Source: Rhodanobacteraceae bacterium (GTDB taxonomy: Bacteria > Pseudomonadota > Gammaproteobacteria > Xanthomonadales > SZUA-5). From it: DNA of 62,643 nucleotides. Shown here piece by piece: positions 26,375 to 37,102 of this stretch. The position numbers and the translations under genes were made by a program. The stretch is taken from assembly GCA_043754435.1 (NCBI GenBank), contig JAYUUS010000020.1:1-62643 (forward strand). The letters are read 5' to 3'. Numbering within the stretch: position 1 is the first letter of the stretch; the number at the start of each line of letters is the position of its first letter. Under the pieces are notes generated by a model, which was not told the DNA's origin, did no database searches, and worked only from the letters and a program-made list of their open reading frames with translations.

Positions 26375-27040
26375 ATGAACGCGGCGTCACGAAAATTACT
26401 TTTTGAACGCTTTCAGGCAGCAAACCCTACGCCAAAAACGGAGCTTGAATATCAAAACCCGTTTGAACTTTTGATTGCCGTGATGTTGTCTGCGCAGGCC
26501 ACTGACGTTAGCGTCAATAAAGCCACACGCAAGCTTTATGCAGTGGCAAATACGCCCGAAGCTATTGTGGCGCTTGGCCTAGATCGACTGCGGGAGTACA
26601 TCAAAACGATTGGCCTGTATCAGAATAAAGCCAAAAATGTAGCCGCTACCTGCGCGCTACTGATTGCGAACCATCAAAGTCAGGTGCCACAGGATCGCGC
26701 GGCACTTGAAGCTTTGCCGGGCGTCGGTCGAAAAACTGCTAACGTCGTGCTCAATACCGCGTTTGACCAGCCAACAATGGCGGTGGACACGCATATTTTC
26801 AGGCTCGCCAACCGCATGGGTCTAGCGCCGGGGAGTAATGTGCTAAATGTGGAAAATGCGCTATTAAAACGTATTCCAAAAGCTTATCTGCAAGATGCGC
26901 ATCATTGGCTGATCTTGCACGGACGCTATATCTGTAAGGCGCGCGCGCCAGATTGCTCAGCTTGCTTCGTCAGAGATTTATGCGGTTGGCGCGGCAAAAA
27001 TGCGATGATCAAAATTTCTGCTACGAACGCAATCACTTGA
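26375..27040 (+). CDS. nth: Endonuclease III
   Basis: ELEYQNPFELLIAVMLSAQATD, HhH-GPD LPGVGRKTANVVL and a C-terminal 4Fe-4S cluster loop C..C..C. The start is set at the internal ATG at 26375. Confidence 0.92.
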   Translation: MNAASRKLLFERFQAANPTPKTELEYQNPFELLIAVMLSAQATDVSVNKATRKLYAVANTPEAIVALGLDRLREYIKTIGLYQNKAKNVAATCALLIANHQSQVPQDRAALEALPGVGRKTANVVLNTAFDQPTMAVDTHIFRLANRMGLAPGSNVLNVENALLKRIPKAYLQDAHHWLILHGRYICKARAPDCSACFVRDLCGWRGKNAMIKISATNAIT

Positions 27041-27055
27041 TGGAAACCCAATGCT

Positions 27056-27409
27056 ATGTATGAAGGCAAAGCGACCCCGCTACTGAGCCATCGAGATTTT
27101 GCGTTGCGCATGTTTTGGCATTTCACTTTAGCAAGCCTTTTTATTCTGATCTCCTTAGGCTTAGGAATGTGGGGATATCACGCTCTTGAGGCGCTGTCGT
27201 GGATGGATTCTTTTCTCAATGCCTCGATGTTACTCGGCGGCATGGGGCCGGTAGACCCACCCCATACGCCCGACGGCAAACTTTTCGCGGGGCTTTATGC
27301 GCTGTATTCGGGGCTCGCTTTTTTAATACTGGCGGGCGTTATTTTTACACCTGTGCTGCATCGAATACTGCATAAGTTTCACTGGGACGCGGATTCCGAC
27401 TCTAAATAA
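27056..27409 (+). CDS. Small two-TM membrane protein with ion-channel-like pore loop
   Basis: 117 aa with layout TM1, WMDSFLNASMLLGGMGPVDP, TM2. This resembles a minimal K-channel pore module, but the filter sequence is degenerate. Confidence 0.4.
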   Translation: MYEGKATPLLSHRDFALRMFWHFTLASLFILISLGLGMWGYHALEALSWMDSFLNASMLLGGMGPVDPPHTPDGKLFAGLYALYSGLAFLILAGVIFTPVLHRILHKFHWDADSDSK

Positions 27410-27421
27410 TTCGACGCCTTG

Positions 27422-29377
27422 TTATTCTTCGGATTTGGAACCGGAATGAGCACTAACTTTTTTCACATCGCCTATGCGAAAAAATTCCTCAACCTGCGCA
27501 ATTTGATCGGTGCGCTGCATCGCTGGCAGGCTTTGTAGAAACGTCTTACCGTAGGATTTGGTGTAAAGGCGCGGATCACACAGCATCAGCAGACCACGAT
27601 CCGTGACCGTGCGAATTAAGCGCCCAACGCCTTGCTTGAGTGCCAAAACGGCCTGCGGCAATTGATAATGGGCAAACGGGTTGCCGCCGCGCGCGCGAAT
27701 ATCTTCGAGTTTCGCTTCCAACACCGGATCACCAATTTGGCGAAAGGGCAGTTTGTCGATAATCACCACGCTCAACGCCTCGCCCGGCACATCCACGCCT
27801 TCCCAGAAACTTGCCGCACCCAACAAGATGCCGTTGCCGGATTTTTGAAACCCCGCAAGCAGCTGCCCGCGCGGTGCGCTACCCTGCACGAACAGCGGAA
27901 AGTGAAGGCGTGAGCTCAAGTATTCCGCTGCTTCTTTGAGCGCGCGGTGGCTGGTAAACAGCATAAATGCGCGCCCCCCGCTGGCTTGCAGCACCGGAAT
28001 CGCCGCCGTCAAAACCGCTTGCGTATAGCCTTCTTGGGTAGGATCAATGCCTAATTTGGGTATAAACAAAAGCGCTTGCTTAGCGTAGTCAAACGGGCTG
28101 TCTAACCGCAGCGTTTGGGCCTCAAAAGCGCCGGTTTCATGTTGAAAATGCTGGAAATCAGCGCCCACCGCCAAGGTTGCAGAGGTATAAATCCAGGCCG
28201 CCCCCGTCTTGGCGCGAAATTCACCGAGCGGGCCAGCGACGTCCAGCGGCGTCGCATTGAGGGCAAAGCCGGTGGCGAATAGCTCGTACCAACGCACTTC
28301 ATCTGGGGCATCAACAATAATGGTTTGCAGCCGCTGCAAGAGTTCCTCCGCGCGCGCTGAGCAGCTTTTCAAGCCATCGCTGCGTTCACTTTGTGTCGCT
28401 AGCACCGCTGCCAAGTCGCTTAACGCCTCAGTCATGCTCGTAAGCGCTGCCGCCACCGCAGGTTCCGCCAATACCGGCATCAGCGGCGCTTTCGCGGCAT
28501 ACGGATTTAGGCTCAAGCGAAAGTCTTTGAGCGTGCGCTCCAGCAACAGCGCCGGGTCGCGCACGCTCGCCATCGCGCCGGTGGCGACGGCGGCTTCGGT
28601 CGTGGCATCGCGGCTGAGCTCTAAAATCTGCCGATAACCAACCGTGGTCGAGAAAAAGCTGGTCGCCGCGTCCGCAATCTGGTGCGCTTCATCCAAGACA
28701 TACACTTGCGCACCGGGCAGAACTTCGCCAAAACCTTCGCGCCGCACCGCCATGTCGGAAAACAGCAAATGATGATTCACCACCACCAAATCCGCCGCCT
28801 GCGCGCGTCGGCGCGCTTTGACGACATAACAATCTTCCCAAAACGCGCATTCCACGCCTAAGCAATTTTCTGCGTTCGAGGTCACTAGCGGCCAAATCGC
28901 GGCGTCCTCAGCCAAGCCCGGAATTTCCGCACGATCACCGGATTTTGACTTCGGCGTCCATTCGCGCACCCGTTTGAGTTCGTTCAACAGTTCGCGCTGG
29001 GTAACGCCTTCTTTGATCGTGCGCTCCAGCCGATGCAGGCACACGTAATTCGCGCGGCCTTTCAAAAGCGCTAACTTGGCGTCATTCAAACCCAGCGTGC
29101 GCCGCACCTGCGGTAAATCCCGGTGAAATAGCTGATCCTGCAGCGCTTTAGTGCCGGTGGAAATAATGGTTTTTTTGCCCGACACTAGTGCTGGCACCAG
29201 ATACGCATAGGTTTTACCCGTGCCAGTGCCGGCCTCGGCAATCAGCTGCCCGCGCGTTTCGATGCAGTGCTCAATCGCCTGCGCCAACTCTTGCTGCGCC
29301 ACGCGCGGTCTAAAGCCATCAATACTTTGCGCGAACGGGCCGGTGGCACCCAGTAAGGCGAATGCGCGCGCGGTCAT
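27422..29377 (-). CDS. ATP-dependent DNA helicase, DinG/YoaA (XPD/Rad3) family
   Basis: AGTGTGKTYAYLVPAL (Walker A), VLDEAHQI (DEAH) and C-terminal helicase motifs. The start is set at ATG 29377 (MTARAF...). Confidence 0.85.
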   Translation of the reverse strand: MTARAFALLGATGPFAQSIDGFRPRVAQQELAQAIEHCIETRGQLIAEAGTGTGKTYAYLVPALVSGKKTIISTGTKALQDQLFHRDLPQVRRTLGLNDAKLALLKGRANYVCLHRLERTIKEGVTQRELLNELKRVREWTPKSKSGDRAEIPGLAEDAAIWPLVTSNAENCLGVECAFWEDCYVVKARRRAQAADLVVVNHHLLFSDMAVRREGFGEVLPGAQVYVLDEAHQIADAATSFFSTTVGYRQILELSRDATTEAAVATGAMASVRDPALLLERTLKDFRLSLNPYAAKAPLMPVLAEPAVAAALTSMTEALSDLAAVLATQSERSDGLKSCSARAEELLQRLQTIIVDAPDEVRWYELFATGFALNATPLDVAGPLGEFRAKTGAAWIYTSATLAVGADFQHFQHETGAFEAQTLRLDSPFDYAKQALLFIPKLGIDPTQEGYTQAVLTAAIPVLQASGGRAFMLFTSHRALKEAAEYLSSRLHFPLFVQGSAPRGQLLAGFQKSGNGILLGAASFWEGVDVPGEALSVVIIDKLPFRQIGDPVLEAKLEDIRARGGNPFAHYQLPQAVLALKQGVGRLIRTVTDRGLLMLCDPRLYTKSYGKTFLQSLPAMQRTDQIAQVEEFFRIGDVKKVSAHSGSKSEE

Positions 29378-29724
29378 GGTGGGGTATCGCTCGGTGTGAC
29401 AGCGTCCGCATTGCCGCTCTGGCGTTCTTCCAGCTGATGCCAAATGCGTAGAATCACGACAGCATCGGCGTGCATCGAATAGCGCACGACATAACTGCCA
29501 AAAGCCATATCGCGTAGCGAAAATTTGTTAGCAATGCCCAAACTTATGGAGCTTGATATTTTGGGCATCACCACGCCCATCTCAGGAAAGATCCGCAATT
29601 TCTCGATACGATCAACTAATTCCAAGCCAATACGCTTGGCTGCCACCGGATTTTTTTGGGAAATGAAGTGCCGTAATCGAATTAAATCGTCGCGCGCCTT
29701 TTCTGAATAGTTGAGCCGCTTCAT
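29374..29724 (-). CDS. RelE/ParE-family toxin
   Basis: 116 aa. ..ARDDLIRLRHFI...YVVRYSMHADAVVILRIWH is ParE-like. Its TGA overlaps the helicase ATG (ATGA). Confidence 0.7.
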   Translation of the reverse strand: MKRLNYSEKARDDLIRLRHFISQKNPVAAKRIGLELVDRIEKLRIFPEMGVVMPKISSSISLGIANKFSLRDMAFGSYVVRYSMHADAVVILRIWHQLEERQSGNADAVTPSDTPP

Positions 29725-29993
29725 TGCCCTACTTTTGGCGGCATAAGTTCATCGCTGCTGCCCCAAGATTGCAGCCATTGGTGCATTGCATCGCCTGAAA
29801 TAATGCGACCGGCTGCAACTGATTCCATCGCTTCTGTAGTATCGTCCCAGCGGCTTTGTAGCAATTTTTCGCGCTCAAGAAATTCCTTCAGTGCTTGATT
29901 GATTAACCAACTTTTGCTGCGCTGAAGTTTTTGCGCGGCATCAGACAGGGCATGATCAATTTCCGACGGTAATCGCACACTGGTGATGCTCAT
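29721..29993 (-). CDS. Ribbon-helix-helix (CopG/ParD-like) antitoxin
   Basis: 90 aa. MSITSVRLPSEIDHALSDAAQKLQRSKSWLINQALKEFLE is an RHH fold signature. It overlaps the toxin by 4 bp. Confidence 0.7.
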   Translation of the reverse strand: MSITSVRLPSEIDHALSDAAQKLQRSKSWLINQALKEFLEREKLLQSRWDDTTEAMESVAAGRIISGDAMHQWLQSWGSSDELMPPKVGQ

Positions 29994-30090
29994 GGAATTT
30001 ACTCCTCTACTAATGACTACAGTGTATTACTTTGCAGTCGTCTTTTGCGCATAACCTATGTTTGCAAGAGCTAGGTTTGCAAGAGATTAC

Positions 30091-30759
30091 TCATGAAAGA
30101 TTGAGCTGCGCCAAACGCTCCGGCGTACCGACATCCGTCCAAAATCCATCAAAACGCTCGCCAGTGACATTACCGAACGCCATCGCTTCGCGCAGCAGCG
30201 GGGCCAGCTTAAACGCGCCGCTAGGCGTACCGGACAAAAGTTTCGGGCTGTATACGCCAATGCCGGAAAACGTGAGCTTGTTCGGGCCGCAGGTGTAGAG
30301 CTTGCTCGCCGTCAGTACAAAATCCCCGTGTGGGTGGTGGTTCGGGTTCGCCACCATAACCAGATGCGCCAGCGCGTCATTCAGCATGCTCGGCAGACCC
30401 AGCAGACGGGCAAAATCAAAGTCAACGAAAATATCGCTATTCACAGCGATAAACGGCGCATCACCCAACAAGGGCAGCGCATGACGCATACCACCGCCGG
30501 TTTCCAAAGGAATTGCACCTTCCTCGCTGTAGCGAATACGCACGCCAAACTGCGCGCCATCGCCCAATGCGGCTTTAATTAAATCGCCCAAATAAGATAG
30601 GTTGATAACCAAATCCCGCATCTCAGCACGCGCCAACGCCTCAATGTGATGCACGATCAGCGGCTTGCCGTATACCTGCAGCAGGGCTTTAGGTGTGGTC
30701 AGGGTCAGCGGCCGCATACGCTCACCGATGCCGGCGGCAAATATCAGCGCTTTCATCAT
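30091..30759 (-). CDS. murU: N-acetylmuramate alpha-1-phosphate uridylyltransferase (MurU-like nucleotidyltransferase)
   Basis: MKALIFAAGIGERMRPLTLTTPKALL is a sugar nucleotidyltransferase N-terminus. The gene is coupled to an AmgK-like kinase. Confidence 0.75.
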   Translation of the reverse strand: MMKALIFAAGIGERMRPLTLTTPKALLQVYGKPLIVHHIEALARAEMRDLVINLSYLGDLIKAALGDGAQFGVRIRYSEEGAIPLETGGGMRHALPLLGDAPFIAVNSDIFVDFDFARLLGLPSMLNDALAHLVMVANPNHHPHGDFVLTASKLYTCGPNKLTFSGIGVYSPKLLSGTPSGAFKLAPLLREAMAFGNVTGERFDGFWTDVGTPERLAQLNLS

Positions 30760-31766
30760 TGCTCTCTAGCTTTAGCCAAATCAACACCATCAGTCCGCAG
30801 TTTTAGCCAACGCCCAAAGGCTTCTAGCTCAGGGTATTGCGCGCAAACGCTCAAGGTGTAGTGCAACACCAACGCCAAATCCGGCAAATAGCCGGGCTTG
30901 CCATCCCGGTAGTTCAGCCGCGCAAAGATACCCAACACTTTTAGGTGCCGCTGCACGCCCATCCAATCAAACCAGCGTCGAAATAGAGCAGATTCCGCGC
31001 GATGCAGGCCGGCCTCGCTACTTAAAATTCGATAGTGTTCTACCCAGCGCGCAACGTCGGCCTCGGGCCAGCTGATATAGCAATCGCGCAGCAGTGAAAC
31101 CAAATCATAGGTAATCGGCCCGCGCACCGCGTCTTGAAAATCAATAATTGCCAAGCGCCGCATTGCGGTGTCCGTGGGCTCAGCAAGCATCAAATTACGC
31201 GAATGAAAATCCCGGTGCACAAACACTTTCGGCTGCGTCAACGCCAAGTTGCGCAGCTGCATCATCGTGGCTTCAATGATGTCAAAGTCCTCACAGCTTG
31301 GGGTAATTCCTAAGTGTCGCTTGAGAAACCACTCGGGAAACAGCTCCATTTCAGCGTCCAAGCGCGGCGCATCATAGTTCGGCAAACCGGTAACATCCGC
31401 GTGCAGCTGCATTTGCAAAATCGCCGCCATTGCCGCTTGATAGTGAGGCTCTACGCGGGTCGCGTTTAACTCTGGCAACAGTGTGCGCGTGCCAAGATCG
31501 GGCAGCAGCAAAAAGCCTTGCGCTAAATCCTTTGCCAGCACCGTCGGCACCCGCAGTCCGGCCGCGTGCAGGCGCGCACTGATATCAATGAAGGGTGCGC
31601 AGTTTTCGAGCGACGGCGGCGCATCCATGACGATGTGGGTCGCATCGTTTTCATCCGTCACACGCCAATAGCTGCGAAAGCTTGCATCGCTGCTGGCAGG
31701 CGCTAGCTGTAAAGGGCTTGATAACGCGGTTTCAGCAAATAGGAGACGGGCGGCGGCTCGATCCAT
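30756..31766 (-). CDS. amgK: Anomeric MurNAc/GlcNAc kinase (AmgK-like aminoglycoside phosphotransferase fold)
   Basis: APH-fold motifs VFVHRDFHSRNLM and IIDFQDA. It overlaps murU by 4 bp. The start is set at ATG 31766. Confidence 0.75.
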   Translation of the reverse strand: MDRAAARLLFAETALSSPLQLAPASSDASFRSYWRVTDENDATHIVMDAPPSLENCAPFIDISARLHAAGLRVPTVLAKDLAQGFLLLPDLGTRTLLPELNATRVEPHYQAAMAAILQMQLHADVTGLPNYDAPRLDAEMELFPEWFLKRHLGITPSCEDFDIIEATMMQLRNLALTQPKVFVHRDFHSRNLMLAEPTDTAMRRLAIIDFQDAVRGPITYDLVSLLRDCYISWPEADVARWVEHYRILSSEAGLHRAESALFRRWFDWMGVQRHLKVLGIFARLNYRDGKPGYLPDLALVLHYTLSVCAQYPELEAFGRWLKLRTDGVDLAKAREQ

Positions 31767-31904
31767 AACAAATATATTTAACGGAATGAAAGTAAGAAGG
31801 TTAACGAAATTAAGGGGCAATTGCGAATGCCTCAGGAGCTAGATTGGCAAGCGCATTCCCGGCAATCCTGTGCTTAAATGCGCCACCTAACCTGAGATCC
31901 TAAA

Positions 31905-32126
31905 ATGAACCCTACTAAACTTATTGGCATTGTGCTGATCATCGCTGGCGCGCTCGGCTTGATCTATGGCGGCTTTAGCTACACCCAAGACAAAACAGCT
32001 GTCAAAGTGGGGCCGATAGAGCTGACTGTGCAGGAAAAGAAATCGATCAATATTCCACTCTGGGCGGGCATCGGCGCGCTGGTGGTGGGCGTTGTTTTGG
32101 TCGGTGTCGGCGGAAAAGGCAAATAG
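31905..32126 (+). CDS. Small two-TM membrane protein (DUF3185-like)
   Basis: 73 aa with two hydrophobic helices flanking a short loop. Confidence 0.5.
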   Translation: MNPTKLIGIVLIIAGALGLIYGGFSYTQDKTAVKVGPIELTVQEKKSINIPLWAGIGALVVGVVLVGVGGKGK

Positions 32127-32150
32127 CGCTTTGCTTTGACGCCTAAAAAA

Positions 32151-33050
32151 TCACCTCGGCTGCTCCAACTTCTCCATCACATCCCGCAGCGCAAAGACGT
32201 GTTCTAAAAAACCAGCCTCGCGCTGCGCAAGCCGTGCGGGCAAGGTGCAACGTGGCATTTCGCGCTGTTCGAGAATGGTGCCGGGGGCAGGCGACATAAT
32301 CAGCACATGATCCGCCAGAAACACTGCTTCTTCGACGTCGTGGGTGATGAAAAACACGCTCGCTTGCTGCTCAGCCCATAGTTTTAGCAACAGATCCTGC
32401 ATCGACAGCCGTGTGGCTGGATCAAGTGCTCCAAAAGGCTCGTCCATTAAAATAATGCGGGGCTTCAAAATCAGCGTGCGCGCAATCGCAACCCGCTGGC
32501 GCATGCCGCCAGACAGTTGATGCGGATATTTCAGCGCATCTTTGTCGCGGCTCAAGCCGACTTTGCCGATCCAATCCATCGCTAAGGCATGCCGCTCTGG
32601 CTTATACATGCCCTGGCATTCCAAGCCAAAGGCAATGTTGTCCAGCACCGTGCGGTGATCAAAGCTGCTGTAGTCCTGAAACACCATGCCGCGATCAGCA
32701 CTAGAAGGCGTGACTGGCCTGCCAAACACTGCTACGTCGCCACTGGTTTGCGGGTATTGCGGCGTCAAGCCCGCAATGGTGCGCAACACCGTGCTTTTGC
32801 CACAGCCTGAAGGGCCAAGGATGCAGACGAATTCGCCGCGCTCGGGGTGATCTTCAATTTTGAAAGTCACGTTTTTGATCGCAGTAAACGGCTTTTCACC
32901 TTCAAAAATTTTGCTTACATTGCGAAACTCAACCACCGCTGGCCGCGCCACCTTTGGTATAGGTGCCGGTATTGCCGTGTTGCTCACAATCGGTGCGGGC
33001 GCAGCGTCTGGCTGGGCGCTATCGCCCGGAGTTTGAGGGTCAGTATTCAT
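32151..33050 (-). CDS. ABC transporter ATP-binding protein (nitrate/sulfonate/taurine NitT/TauT type)
   Basis: GPSGCGKST Walker A, LSGGMRQRVAIAR signature and ILMDEPFGALD Walker B. Confidence 0.85.
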   Translation of the reverse strand: MNTDPQTPGDSAQPDAAPAPIVSNTAIPAPIPKVARPAVVEFRNVSKIFEGEKPFTAIKNVTFKIEDHPERGEFVCILGPSGCGKSTVLRTIAGLTPQYPQTSGDVAVFGRPVTPSSADRGMVFQDYSSFDHRTVLDNIAFGLECQGMYKPERHALAMDWIGKVGLSRDKDALKYPHQLSGGMRQRVAIARTLILKPRIILMDEPFGALDPATRLSMQDLLLKLWAEQQASVFFITHDVEEAVFLADHVLIMSPAPGTILEQREMPRCTLPARLAQREAGFLEHVFALRDVMEKLEQPR

Positions 33051-33868
33051 ACGTTTTTATACGGAAATAAAAAGCGCTGTAGCCATGCTAAACCGTGGTC
33101 AATCAACCAAGCCAACAGTGCAATTACAATCAGTGTCATGTACACATCTTGGGTCAACCCGCGCCGCTGAGATATATTAATCAGCGCGCCTAAACCTATG
33201 GACGTGTTGATGAGCTCCGCCAACATGATGTAGCCAAAGGCAAGTCCAAACAGCGCACGCAAACTTGAGAAAATGTCAGGTAGTGCAAGTGGTACCAATA
33301 CCTTTTGTACAATTTGCCATCCATTTGCACCCAGCGTACGAGCAGTATCAACGTAGCGCTCCGGCACGTTAAGTACCGCCAAACATGCGTCAGCAAAAAT
33401 AAAAGGGAAGCAAGCGAGAAATATAAACATAATTTTTTGTTTTTCGGCGATGCCAAACCAAAGTAGCGTTATCGGGATCAATGCGGCAATCGGGACATTT
33501 CGCAAACCAATAATGGCGGGCTGAATTAACGCTTCAAACCATCGCTGCGAAGCCGCTAAAATACCGAGCGGTACGGCAATCGCCACGGCCAGCAAAAAGC
33601 CAGACAGCACGCGGCCCAGTGTGGCGGCAATCGCAGGCAGCAAACCCCGCTCACTTAATAAACTCGGCAAACTGCCGAACACTTCAATCGGCGATGGCAA
33701 CAGCGCGGGGGAAATAATGCGCCGCTCTGCCTCACCCACAGTCAAAACAAACCAAATAAAAAGCAGCAGCAGCACAAACGTGATCGCCAAGAGCTTTGAC
33801 GTCATCGGCTGCGGCGTTTGGCGCAACGCAAGCGGCTTAAACATGTTGTTCCAACATAATCTGGTCAT
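33047..33868 (-). CDS. ABC transporter permease (NitT/TauT type)
   Basis: 273 aa, polytopic, with an EAA-like loop ..VDTARTLGANGWQIVQKVLVPLALP... It overlaps the ATPase gene by 4 bp. No binding-protein gene is adjacent. Confidence 0.8.
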   Translation of the reverse strand: MTRLCWNNMFKPLALRQTPQPMTSKLLAITFVLLLLFIWFVLTVGEAERRIISPALLPSPIEVFGSLPSLLSERGLLPAIAATLGRVLSGFLLAVAIAVPLGILAASQRWFEALIQPAIIGLRNVPIAALIPITLLWFGIAEKQKIMFIFLACFPFIFADACLAVLNVPERYVDTARTLGANGWQIVQKVLVPLALPDIFSSLRALFGLAFGYIMLAELINTSIGLGALINISQRRGLTQDVYMTLIVIALLAWLIDHGLAWLQRFLFPYKNV

Positions 33869-34037
33869 CCTTTGACTGGTTTGGACAGGGCACTAGCGTA
33901 GCTGGAATTGTAGCAATGTGCGCTAGGCTGAAAGTAGGTTCAGTTTTCACGCGCTCTAGAGTTGCCGCTCGGATTGCCTAAATGTTATTCTTTTATGGCT
34001 TTGCTGAGCGGATGTTTGAGTAATTTAGGAATACACA

Positions 34038-34400
34038 ATGAAACAAACATGGCGAGTGCTTTTGCACACCGCAGTTTTTCAATGTGTCGTCGCGTTACTA
34101 GGCGCTCTAATCTTGCTGACTCTGCTTCACAAACAAGCGGCATCTGCGTTTTTAGTGGGAATCGCTTCGATGTTGATTGCGACGCTGGCTGCAGCAGCTT
34201 TAGGGCTTCGGCGCGCAACATCACCGATGGATTCTTTAGCGAAAGTGCTAGGCGCAAGTTTTTCGAAGTGGCTGTTGGTTGTAGCAGCGGTGTATTTGGC
34301 GCTCACGCGTTGGCAAATGGCGGCACTGCCGCTAATGCTAGGTGTGCTCGCCGCGCAGTTAAGCGCGATCATCGTAGGTTTGCGCCAGCCAAAGTACTAG
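34038..34400 (+). CDS. atpI: ATP synthase protein I
   Basis: 120-aa hydrophobic protein immediately upstream of atpB. Confidence 0.6.
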   Translation: MKQTWRVLLHTAVFQCVVALLGALILLTLLHKQAASAFLVGIASMLIATLAAAALGLRRATSPMDSLAKVLGASFSKWLLVVAAVYLALTRWQMAALPLMLGVLAAQLSAIIVGLRQPKY

Positions 34401-34419
34401 TTAATCAAGCATTAGTTAG

Positions 34420-35397
<978 letters not shown>

Positions 35398-35455
35398 AAC
35401 CCCGTCGTTCTATTGTTTTTGCAACACCCAAGTTTTTTAAGCCCTTAAACCGTAG

Positions 35456-35812
<357 letters not shown>

Positions 35813-35830
35813 GCGCTGGGTTTGCTGGAG

Positions 35831-35963
35831 ATAAGCCCGATCTTGGTCGGACTGGTCAGTTTCACATAAGCCCGGTCATTAGCCGAGCGATCAAATCAGG
35901 TAAGTCCGGCTTCGGCCGGACAATCAATCAGGTAGCTTTGGCCTCGGCCGACGATCAAATTAG
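35831..35963 (+). repeat. Four tandem 32-35-bp hairpin-containing units in the atpE-atpF spacer
   Basis: Units start at 35831, 35866, 35900 and 35932. The consensus is roughly (a/g)taagYccgg..hairpin..gatcaaatcag. Unit 3 contains tccggc-ttcg-gccgga. Confidence 0.8.
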
Positions 35964-35977
35964 GAGACTCACACGCC

Positions 35978-36448
35978 ATGGATATAAATGCGACCTTGCT
36001 CGCCCAGGCGCTCGCGTTCGCGATTTTAATCGCGTTCACGGTCAAATTCATTTGGCCGCCTTTGATAAATGCCATCGAAGAGCGCCAGAAGAAAATCGCC
36101 GACGGCCTTGCGGCTGCGGATAACGCGCGCAAAGAAGTTGCCGACGCCAAGCGTAAAGAAGAAGACATCATTACGGCGGCACGTGCCAAAGCGCAAGAAA
36201 TTTTGGATCGCGCGCACTCCACCGCGAATCAAATGGTGGATCAAGCTAAAGGCGAGGGCGCTGCGGAAAAGGCACGTCAATTGACCGCAGCGGGTGTCGA
36301 AGTGGAAACCTTGGCGCATCACGCCAAAGCTGAGCTGCGCACGAAGTTGGCAGATTTGGTTATCGCTGGTGCGGGCCGCTTGATCAAAAAAGAAATTGAT
36401 CCAGCCACGCACAAGCAGCTGATTGACCAACTGATTACTGAGATTTAA
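35978..36448 (+). CDS. atpF: F0F1 ATP synthase subunit b
   Basis: 156 aa with an N-terminal TM helix followed by a long charged helix. Position in the operon fits. Confidence 0.9.
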   Translation: MDINATLLAQALAFAILIAFTVKFIWPPLINAIEERQKKIADGLAAADNARKEVADAKRKEEDIITAARAKAQEILDRAHSTANQMVDQAKGEGAAEKARQLTAAGVEVETLAHHAKAELRTKLADLVIAGAGRLIKKEIDPATHKQLIDQLITEI

Positions 36449-36450
36449 CC

Positions 36451-36987
36451 ATGAGCTCAACGATCACGCTGGCACGGCCATACGCAAAAGCAGCTTTTGA
36501 GTTGGCGCAAAAAGCCAATGAAGGCTTGGCATCTTGGTCCGCTAAAATTGCTCAAAGTGCTGCTCTTTGCCGCGATAGCCGCATTTTGGCCTTGGTATCT
36601 AGCCCGCGCTTGAAGCCTACGGAACGGGTGGCTTTGTTGCTCCCTAAAGATGAAGCGCCCGATTCCAGCTACACGCATTATTTGAGCGCGATGGCGGAAA
36701 ATGATCGTTTGAGTTTATTGCCCGACGTGCAATCTGAGTTTGAGCAGCTTCGTGCCACCGCCGAGCGCACGCTCAAAGTCAACGTGCGCAGCGCATTGCC
36801 GATTGAAGCGTCGCAGCAGCAGCAGTTGGTTGAAAAGCTGACTCAGCGCTTTCAACGTGCGGTGACGCTTGAAATCGTGCTGCAGCCCGACTTGATCGGT
36901 GGCGCGGTGCTGGATGCTGGCTCAATTGTGATCGACGGCTCGCTGAGCGGCAAACTTGCACGCTTGCACACAGAGCTGGCCGCATAA
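36451..36987 (+). CDS. atpH: F0F1 ATP synthase subunit delta
   Basis: 178 aa. ARPYAKAAFELA is the OSCP/delta N-terminal motif. Confidence 0.9.
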   Translation: MSSTITLARPYAKAAFELAQKANEGLASWSAKIAQSAALCRDSRILALVSSPRLKPTERVALLLPKDEAPDSSYTHYLSAMAENDRLSLLPDVQSEFEQLRATAERTLKVNVRSALPIEASQQQQLVEKLTQRFQRAVTLEIVLQPDLIGGAVLDAGSIVIDGSLSGKLARLHTELAA

Positions 36988-37102
36988 GCCAAAAAACGCG
37001 CAGCAAAAAATATATTAAGCAAAATATTCAAAGAAGCAAATTGTAGTCCCACCGTTTTTGTATCCAAACAAAACAAACAACCCTTTTTAAACTGGAAAGC
37101 GC

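Noticed and set aside
32151-33868. The ABC ATPase and permease pair lacking a substrate-binding protein as an unusual system
   Set aside because: Binding-protein genes of NitT/TauT systems are often encoded elsewhere, or just beyond the divergent promoter. Nothing else is unusual in the sequence.
35831-35963. Possible CRISPR-like arrays, here and at 20644-20733
   Set aside because: There are only 3-4 degenerate units abutting each other with no unique spacers, and no cas genes. They lie inside the conserved atp and min operons.
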